A stretch of DNA of 64,000 nucleotides from Octopus sinensis (Eukaryota): assembly GCF_006345805.1 (NCBI RefSeq), contig NW_021833276.1:1-64000 (forward strand). The letters are read 5' to 3'. Shown here in pieces: positions 54,501-64,000 of the stretch (within the stretch, counting starts at the first letter, position 1; each line of letters begins with the position of its first letter). The notes under the pieces were generated by a model, which saw only the letters and a program-made list of their open reading frames with translations, was not told where the DNA came from and did no database searches. The translations under genes were made by a program, and so were the position numbers.

Positions 54501-54580
54501 TCGAAAAGAAAAAATTCTACATTGTATTTCGTCCATTTTTATTCTTGTTTGTTTAGCCCTGTGTGGCTACAATAAAAAGT
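48570..54580 (+). mobile_element. Full-length but disrupted Tx1/L1-clade LINE, copy C
   Basis: ORF1 pieces 48939-50870 and ORF2 pieces 50880-54283 (APE, RT with YADD, zf-RVT); many stops and frameshifts; 3'UTR runs into atctatctat. Confidence 0.93.
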
Positions 54581-54597
54581 ATCTATCTATCTTTCTA

Positions 54598-54823
54598 TTT
54601 CGAACTGTCTAAGGTCTTTTTTGTAGGTTTTTCTTTCCAAGGCTACACCTAAACTGTGAACTTTATATATATTGCTTTTTATACACCACATAACCCACAG
54701 ATCCCTATTGATCGAACGTTTTTTCTTTGTGTGTCCCACCCATCTCACCTCGAAAAGAAAAATCTCTACATTGTATTTCGTCCATTTTTCTGTGTTTAGC
54801 CCTGTGTGGCCACAATAAAAAGT
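54598..54823 (+). mobile_element. 3'UTR-only Tx1 copy D in tandem behind copy C
   Basis: Repeats about 54340-54580 with several substitutions and indels; ends aataaaaagt-tatctat. Confidence 0.85.
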
Positions 54824-54835
54824 TATCTATATATC

Positions 54836-55404
54836 TCACAGCAGCCATATTTCTACCACTCTATGTCACGCTGGTGAGACCCATATTGGAGTATGGGATT
54901 CAAGCCTCTTCTCCTTATCTCCTCAAAGACATACAGCATCTCGAAAGAGTCCAGAAGCTGGCTACCCGCATGGTTCATGGTCTCAAAAATTTGTCCTACG
55001 AAGAAAGGCTGAGGACGCTCGACCTTTATTCTCTTGAAAAACGCCGCCATCGTGGTGATCTCATTCTCGCCCAAAACATCATAAGCGGAAAGTGTAACCT
55101 CTCGAAAGAGCTGTTCTTCACTCCTGCTCCAGAGCGTCGGCTGCGGGGTCATTCCGAAAAGCTCTACCTGCGACGATTTCATCTCAATCGAAGGAGAGGA
55201 GCTTTCTCCGTCCGGGTTGCGGATCCGTGGAACAAGCTGCCAGACGAGATGGTGAAGATGCCGACGACCGCTTTGTTCAAAGCCTCCCTGGACCTCAAGT
55301 GTCCTGAACTCTTTACATGAACACCACCCTGTACTTAACTCCATGTCCCCCTACATGGCCTTGCTATTTGCTTTTGAGCCAAATTAACTAACTAACTAAC
55401 TAAC
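54836..55404 (+). mobile_element. CR1-clade LINE 3' fragment with a (CTAA)n tail
   Basis: LYVTLVRPILEYG..LERVQKLATRMV..LSYEERL..LYSLEKRRHRGDLI..RLRGH..FSVRVADPWNKLP. Confidence 0.9.
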
Positions 55405-55542
<138 letters not shown>

Positions 55543-56063
55543 TCTTGACTATATCTGTCTGTCTAACATTCAGTCTGTCTCCCTAAATTTCTCTTCCTTA
55601 CTTTTCTCTTGTCTTTTCACGTTTGAAGCTGAGATTAAGGATGGAACAATATATATTATGGACATAAATGGCCGTAGATTGTCCTTTCAAAGAACAGAGC
55701 AGAAAATAAAGTGATGGGAACTATGTAGGAAAGGAAAACAGCCAGTGAGAGAGAGAGAGAGTTATAGGGTGGAAAGGAGAAAGGGTAGGGCTGAGAGAGG
55801 AATGATGAATGTGAGAAAGAGTGATGTGACGGGGGTGAAGAAACAACAAGAAAAATGTGGTGCTACGGAGTGTTGATGGGGGCAATGAATGGCGTTGGGG
55901 CTGAGGGATGAAAGAATTGAATGGTGTGGAATGGGTTGGAATGGAGTGGAAGTAAGGGGTAGCGTCAGTGAAGGAAGAGAGAGAGGCAGAGAGAGAGAGA
56001 GAAAGTGACAAAAAGATAGACAGACAGATACAGAGATACTTTAATAGAGAGAAAGACCGACAC

Positions 56064-56148
<85 letters not shown>

Positions 56149-59100
56149 CAGGTAGGCAGACAAACAGATAGACAGACAGACATCAGACAGACAGACAGAC
56201 AGATAGATAGATATATAGATAGATAAATAGATAGATAGATAGATAGATAGACAGGTAGGCAGACAAGCAGACATACAGACAAATAGATACATACATAATA
56301 CATACTCACATGCATACATACATACATACATACATACATACATACATACATACATACATACATACATACATACATACACACATACATACATACATACATA
56401 CATGCAAGCATGCATATAAGGAGCATGAAGGATTAGAGGGCAAAGAAAAGTAGGATGAGAAGGATAGAGTGATAGAATGAGAAAGGGAGGTGGTTGGAAG
56501 GAGGAGGATGATGTGTGTGGATGGTGGTTAGAGGCAAATGAAAAGGAGAATAAGGTGGGGGGTTGGTTGCTGTAGTTGTTGTTATGGTGATGCTGGTGGT
56601 GGTTGTAGTGTTGGTGGTGGTGGGAAAATATTTGAAGAGAAGAGGGAATAAGAGTAAAAGCGTTAAAACGAAGAAAGATGTGTGAAATAGGAAGAGAATT
56701 TTAAGAGCCAAGAGAGGTAGAGAGAGAGAGAGAGAGAAAGAGTGAGAGGGGCATATGAGTGAGAGGGTTAATATGAAGAAAGTGGAAGATAGGGAGGAGA
56801 TGGAGAGAGAAGAGGGTGAGGGTAGGAGAAATGTAAGAACAAAGATAGAAGTAAATGGTGGATGAAGTGTGAAGGAGGCCAGGGCTGAGAGTGACAGTGT
56901 GTGAAGAATGGGTAGAGGGCGAAGAGAGAGAATAAAGGGAAAAATGGCGGAGATTCGTTAGGAGGAGGCGGAGGAGGGGTTAAGACAGTTGGGAATTAGG
57001 AAAGACAAAAGTGAAACAGAAAGTGACGATTGAAAGGGTGGGAGAAAGACAAGAACTAATGACAGAAAGAAAGAAAGAAAGAAACAAAGAAACAAAGAAA
57101 CAAAGAAAAATAAAAGGAGGAAGAAAGAAAGAAGCACAGGAAGACAATAGAGAAATGAAGAAAGGGACTGTAGAGGAGAGCAAGTGATAGAAAAAGAGAC
57201 AGAAAGAATTGAAGAAAGGTAGAAAGAAAGAAACAAAGGAAGACAGAAAGAAAGAATAAAGGGTGTTTGAATGAATGAATGTATGTGTGTGTGTATGTAT
57301 GTATGTATGAATGTATGTAGGACGGGTGTTGTGAGTAGGGATAAGGGGTAAAACGAAAAGCATAAATATTAAGGTGGTTTGTGTTTGATAGTTGGTGGAT
57401 AAAGAAGTGGTCAGGGATAGGAGAGTGGAATGTCAGTGCTAAAGAGACAGACAGTCAGATATAAATACTGTCTGTCTAATACTGACTAACTGACTAACTG
57501 ACGCAAGCACAGGTAGACTGATTGACGGACAGATAGGTAGACAAACTGACAGAGAGAGAGGGGGAGGCGGGGGGAGACTGGTATGCAAACGTCATAGATA
57601 TAGAAAAACTAACAAAGTGAAAAGCTTAGGATTTGTATTTTATTTTATATCTACGCGTAAGACTAAATTTAGATGTAATAGAGAATATATACGTGTGCAT
57701 ACATGCAGAAACGTGTATATATTTGTGCATGTGTGTATATGTGTGAATGTGCATATAGTACATATGTCTGTGTCTGTGTTGTGTGTGTGTGTCTGCGTGC
57801 GTAATTGGTCGTGTGATTAAACCTGTATATACGTCTATATGTGTATGTCCTACACAAACATACATGTATATATATAATGCTCCTTATAAGTTACCTCCCG
57901 TGTCTGTAAATTTGTTTCGAGATCCCGTACAGATTCGTGCCATCTTTTATATTCTCTTCCAAAATGGAGACGAGTACCCGCATTTCTATGTGGTACGCTT
58001 CAACAATTGTAAAGATTTCTTTGCATGAAACCATACCCTTGTAAGCTACAATATAAATATATGCATGTATGTATGTATGTATGTATGTATGTATGTATGT
58101 ATGTATGTATGTATGTATGTATGTATGTATGTATGATGGATGGATGGATGGATATCAGGTTGTTTACAAGTGCTACTAATAATATTTAGTCTGGTACGAT
58201 TTGTTGTGTGATCTTTTCATCGGTGACTAAATCGGATGCCTCTTAAGTGTTACCTGGTAAGAATAGTAGCCGCAAAGCAGCAGAACGAAAAACAATAAGT
58301 TTATCTTTAGGTTTAGGCCTTGCTGAAACTGAGTTGGCTCATAGTCAACTGAAAGAGTTGTAAACAACCTTAAATTAGGCTAGAAGGTGCATGTTATTGC
58401 GTCTCAAAAATTCTTGTTTCATAAAAGTGGGTATCACATTAAAATACTAGTGATCAATTCTCGTTGAGTAAATATCCTTGGTTTCTGCATCAAAACAATC
58501 CTGTTAGGCACAAGACCACAAGAGAACAATGCACGGGAAAACAGGCTTAACTGACAGCACAATGCCTGCAGAAATTATTTGAAATGGTAATTGTTCTCAG
58601 TAGCAATACTCAACCAGCGATTTTTTGAAGTTTTATTATACAACTGCACTGAAAGTCCTCCGGAATACAGTTCAGTCTTTCGTCGATGCCTAGATTCTCT
58701 CAGCGACGTTCTCCCCTGCGTCTAATAATCTAAAGCATACAAAGGTTGCCTGCCTAAAGTCTGCATCGGAAGGTTTATAGAGAATGTGAAGCTGACAACA
58801 TTTTAGATGTGAGATGCCCAATCTCGATAGACGAACTTTAGCTCTGTCAAGAAAAAGAAAAAAGAACGAACTGAAGGAAGGCGAGTTCGTCTTACTGTCC
58901 AGGAAACTCATCAGATGCAGCTTATTCATGTATATAATTTAATTATGTCTAAGTATTATTCACGCAATCGTTTGTCATCGCTTACATGTTGAACATAGAA
59001 ATTCGGGAAGTTCGGTTTTCGGGGTAAATCAAAGGTCACCTGCAGCACACTATAGGTTCCGTTCAACTCGCAACTTGTACATTATCAAGAGCAAATATTT

Positions 59101-59682
59101 ATAGATACTAAAAGTAGTCCTAACGGGAATTTGAGGAGAGTTGATCGATGTCTTTTCCCATCGTCGCTATGTGTTTGGTACTACACACCCCATCAGCTCA
59201 GAATTGTTCTGTCGAAGAACCGAAACGTTTTATTTAATATTTTTCTTTTCTGATTTCTAAAGAATGTCACTGACTTAACAGCCTCGCATCCCTAGATTTA
59301 GATATGGTGGTTATCAACGTTACCACTTACACCTTTTTCTTTGAGACTTCTCGCATGCAGATCTTCCAATCGGTTCGGTTGGGGCGGAAAGGCAGAGATG
59401 CTTATGAAAGATTTCCATCATGAGGAACATGTGATCTTCAGAGACTCAGGTGTTCACGTTTGATTTAGAGACAAGGTCCACTCCTAAATGTGATGTCTGT
59501 ATTTTCATTAAATTTGGATTAGATTATGTTTTAGAATTATTTACCTTCCATATTATGTTACATTTAAATAGCTTGGAAAGAACTTTTATCTTCAAATTAC
59601 AAGGATCAACTCGTTTAATAGAAATTATTCAACTTAATATATTGCACATCTGAGATCACATTGCTTAAATATGTTCAGCCAC

Positions 59683-59799
59683 TGATAGAAGGAAAACAGA
59701 ATTGATAGAACGAAAACAGAATTGATAGAAGGAAAACAGAATTGACAGAAGGAAAACAGAATTGATAGAAGGAAAACAGAATTGATAGAAGGAAAACAG
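59683..59799 (+). repeat. 20-bp minisatellite (tgatagaaggaaaacagaat), about 6 copies
   Basis: Read directly; there are no spacers. Confidence 0.92.
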
Positions 59800-60176
59800 G
59801 ACTACCCCAGTGTGTTCATGGTCAATTCCATTGCAACAAAATAAAACTAAAATATGCAATAAGAAAAGCGTAATGGTAAAGTCAACCCCGGCGGCATTTG
59901 AATTAATGATAATATATATTGATACAAATTCTGCCGAAGTTACTTTGCCTTTCCTCCTTTCAGGATCGGTAAAATAAGTACCTGTCTCGCATTGGGGTCA
60001 ATGTAATCGACTAGCGTCCCCAACCAACATTTCAGGCGTTGTGCTCTTGTTAAAAAGGAATATATTGATACGACAGGTAACATAATTTATAGATCAGCGG
60101 TAAGATCGGAAACACGAAACTCTGAGTAACAGTTTTTGTGATAGTTTTGCTGCTTTTTGATCAAGTAGACATATAT

Positions 60177-60241
<65 letters not shown>

Positions 60242-60265
60242 ATTTATATACATATATATATATAC

Positions 60266-60329
<64 letters not shown>

Positions 60330-60349
60330 GTAATATATAACATATATAT

Positions 60350-60395
<46 letters not shown>

Positions 60396-60478
60396 ACAAG
60401 TGGATTGTATTCACCGAAGCTAGGTAATAAAACCTTCGAACAGAGATTGTCGGAAGCGACACCTACTGGTCTGACTAC

Positions 60479-60520
60479 GCTACATTGAAAAGGGGCAATA
60501 CCCCGAAACGCGTCTGTAGC
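60479..60520 (+). ncRNA. Type I minimal hammerhead ribozyme, U3-A8 core variant
   Basis: gctaca-TTGAAAA-gggg-caata-cccc-GAAA-cgcg-TC-tgtagc: helices I and II perfect, palindromic helix III acgcgt, GUC site. Confidence 0.82.
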
Positions 60521-60729
60521 TGTCGGTCAAGTAGTGTGGAGCGACTGACCTCCCTTGTTCGAAGGTTATATGGATACAGTTTGTGTATCAAATAGCTAAC
60601 TTAAGGCGATGGCCTCATGGAGCTAATAAGCGGACAGCTTTATTCTTATTTTTATAAGAATGCCATATTAGTATGGCGATAACTATTATATATATGTATA
60701 ATATATATGTATAATATATATATATATAT

Positions 60730-60796
<67 letters not shown>

Positions 60797-60800
60797 TATT

Positions 60801-60847
<47 letters not shown>

Positions 60848-60857
60848 ATATGATTTT

Positions 60858-63800
60858 TCAAGTCAAAATAGAAAATGCTAAAATAATTTTATAAAGAACA
60901 TTTCAGTACGGTTTTCGGTCCTTTTGAGACCTTTCAACTGTAACGATTAAATATTAAATTTAGAAAAACTAGAAGAAAAGTTTTTTTAAAGGATATTTGT
61001 ATAGTAGTGTTCAAATATAAGTGGCATTCTGCCTTTCTCTGACTCCCTTGTTTGCACTTGTGTGTTCGAGGTCGTTGTGAATTCTTGGTAGGGTAGAAGA
61101 AGAAGAAGGCTGAAGAGAGAGGGGGTGGAAGATTTGGGAGTGCCTTGATTGTTGTATTTTGAATGGTCAGTGACGGCTAGCAGTTGCAGTTCAATTCAGG
61201 AGAATATTTCTATTGAATATTTGTTTATGGAATTTGCGTAGGTGTTTTACTAAAAAGCATTAGTGATAAAGTTAAGAGGTAGAAGGTGGAGCAGAAGAAG
61301 AAGAAGAAGATGACGATGTTGATGATGATGAGATGATGAAGAAGAAGAAGAAGAGAAGAAGAAGAGAAGGAGAGAAGAAGAAGATGATGATGATGAGATG
61401 GTGGTGATGATGATGACGATGATGATGATAATGATGATGATGAAGAAGAGAGGAAGAAGAAGAAACACAGAAAGGGAGAATATGAATGGGTGAAAGTAGT
61501 GAGGTGTTTGTATGACTTGAAGTTGGCATGTTATGAACCCTACGATACAGACTGATCTCTAGATATCCTATGACTAGGTTGGCAAGAGGGGGGCCATTCG
61601 TGTACCCAACGCAGTCGCCGATTTTTGTCGGTAGAAGTTGTCATTGAAGGCGAAGAAGTATTTTTCCAGGATGAATTTAACCCCTTCTATCACGAATTCT
61701 TTTTTGATGCGATGTGGTAGTTCGTTGGCGTGATTCTCTAGCCAGAATTGTATTGCCTCTAGTCCTAGGTTGTGGGGGATATTGGAGTAGAGTTTGACTA
61801 CATCGAAGGATACCAGTATGGTGTTTTTGTTTTATATTTCGGTAGGTGATTGAGCATATCCAAGTCGTCCCTTATATAGCTTTTGACATGTTTGAGGAGT
61901 GGTTTTAACAGGGTGTCTAAAAAGTTACTGAGGCGGTGGGTTTCGCATGCGGGACCTGCTATTTTGGGTTAAATTCATCCTGGAAAATAACTTCTTCGCC
62001 TTCAATGACAACTTCTACCGACAAAAATCGGCGACTGCGATGGGTACACGAAATGCCCCCTCCTTTGCCAACCTAGTCATAGGATATCTAGAGATCAATC
62101 TGTATCGTAGGGTTCTAGAAAGATATGGCAGCCCTTTCTCTATCTACATAGAAAACAACTGGAAGAGATATCTAGATGACTGTTTCATCCTTTGGCATGA
62201 AAATATTGAGAAACTCATAGAATTCCAGAAATTTAAACGGCCTGGACGTAAACATCCAATTCACGATGGAATACAGCCAGCACCAACTCCCCTTCCTCGA
62301 TATCCTCATTAAGAAAGCTAATAATGTAATAGAAACAGACATATATTAATAAACCTACAGACCTAAGCAATATCTCCATCATTCATGCCACCCCAGACAC
62401 CACCAGGATGAATATCCCCTTCACTCTAGCAAAAAGGATATGCACTATAGTCTCTAATGCAAACACCAGAGACTCACGACTACAAGAACTAAAAGATACC
62501 CTTATCACCAGGAACTATCCACCTTCACTTATTGACAAGTGCATTCAACTTGCCCTTCAACTTAACATCAAGGAACTGAGACATCCCAAATCAAAAAGAA
62601 AAACTTACTACCAAAAGCCTTACCATACCTTCTCCATACACACCCTCTCAATAACGAAGCCCCTCCCAGCACCATCCTCCACAACATACCCCTCCTAAAA
62701 AAGACCACAAAATGAACACAATTCCTCCAAACACACACGATCATAAAGCAAGAGACAGCCTAGATCCATGAAACACAAGCCCGAATTCACTCTTCAACAC
62801 AGAAGCCGACAGTAAAAAAATGTGAGACCCAATTGCGGGATATGCGACTATCTAATGAGGGATCAGAGTTCTCCTTCAAACAGGGACAACGGTTCACAGT
62901 GAAAAGCAACTTCACATGTGTTTCGGAGAACCTAATATACTCACTAACCTGCTCCGGGTGTCAAGAGCAGTACGTAGGCCAAACAAAATATAGTTTGCGT
63001 AAAAGAATGGCCCTGCACAGATCCCAATAAAAATCCCCAAAACAGAAAAATAGCTTTCAGCCAACACATAGATACTTGCGCCAACACAAACACCAGCTTC
63101 AGGATTTTCCCCCTCTACCAATTTAGGGACGATACAAACCTCGAGACAACGAATAAGTAAAGAACTCTCTTTATTACAAATACAGGCCACTTCTTAACGG
63201 ATCTACGACAAACGACTAATATACCTCAACTTTAGAATAAAAGAAATACACACACAATATTACATTCCAAAGAATCCATTACTAATCAGCCCCAGTCCAC
63301 AGCTATAATCCATAACATGCCAACTTCAAGTCATACAACACCTCACTACTTTCACCCATTCATATTCTCCCTTCTCTGTTTTCTTCTTCTTCCTCTTCTT
63401 CTTCATCATCATCATTATCATCATCATCGTCATCGTCATCACCACCATCATCATCATCATCTTCTTCTTCTCCTTCTCCTTCTTCTTCTTCTTCTTCTTC
63501 TTCTTCTTCTTCTTCATCATCATGATCATCATCATCAACATCGTCATCTTCTTTCTTCTTCTTCTTCTTCTTCTTCTGCTCCACCTTCTACCTCTTAACT
63601 TTATCACTAATGCTTTTTAGTAAAACAGCCTTCTTCTTCTTCTACCCTACCAAGAATTCACAACGACCTCAAACACACAAGTGCAAACAAGGGAATCAGA
63701 GACAGGCAGAATGCCACTTATATTTGAACACTACTATACAAATATTCCTTTAAAAAACTTTTCTACTAATTTTTCTAAATTTAATTATTTAATCGTTACA

Positions 63801-63878
63801 GTTGAAAAGTCTCAAAATGACCGAAACCGTACTGAAATGTTCTTTATAAAATTATTTTAGCATTTTCTATTTTGACTT
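60858..63878. mobile_element. Penelope-like element (Neptune-type) in head-to-head inverted configuration with two pLTRs
   Basis: The + arm (about 61965-63878) has TAMGTRNAPSFANL, WKRYLDDCF and FTCVSENLIYSLTCSGCQEQYVGQT (GIY-YIG with CxxC). The - arm (60858-61945) has RT LVSFDVVKLYSNIPH plus a pLTR complementary to about 63312-63878. Both ends lie in (TA)n. Confidence 0.9.
63799..63834 (+). ncRNA. pLTR hammerhead motif, U3-A8 variant (mirror copy at 60904-60940, minus strand)
   Basis: cag-TTGAAAA-gtc-tcaaaat-gacc-GAAA-ccg-TA-ctg; both copies have 1-nt indels relative to an ideal fold. Confidence 0.62.
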
Positions 63879-63918
63879 GTTTTTCATATATATCAACTCG
63901 TGTGTTCCTTTTCACCCT

Positions 63919-63957
<39 letters not shown>

Positions 63958-64000
63958 TGTATATATTATATATTATTCAAATTCCGTCAAGGTCGACTTT

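Noticed and set aside
58157-58370. MITE defined by the 13-bp inverted repeat aggttgtttacaa/ttgtaaacaacct
   Set aside because: It occurs once, has no clear target-site duplication, and is too short to support without a genome search.
59683-59799. Regular 20-bp repeat as a CRISPR array
   Set aside because: Units are contiguous without unique spacers, there are no cas genes and the context is eukaryotic; it is a minisatellite.

Overview
AT-rich, microsatellite-dense eukaryotic DNA, most likely an octopus or other coleoid cephalopod. That assignment is inferred from the SINE families and repeat landscape and is not proven. I found no host protein-coding exon I can support, and almost all listed ORFs are translations of simple repeats. 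The window is a stack of mobile elements: two near-full-length Tx1/L1-clade LINEs plus three fragments, three Penelope-like elements (two Naiad-type, one Neptune-type), RTE, CR1 and R4-like fragments, Tc1/mariner relics, Helitron pieces and several tRNA-derived SINE families. Three patterns stand out. (1) All four Tx1 3' ends and both intact 5' ends abut (TATC)n/(GATA)n in the same orientation, which points to a GATA-microsatellite-targeting LINE; a Nin-type SINE shares its 3' stem-loop. (2) About a dozen distinct type I minimal hammerhead ribozyme (HHR) motifs with palindromic helix III occur, mostly in short non-coding head-to-head palindromic units near (TA)n. (3) Three unrelated HHR families carry the same compensatory U3-A8 core (UUGANAA) instead of C3-G8. 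All coordinates and foldings were read by eye, so boundaries are approximate.
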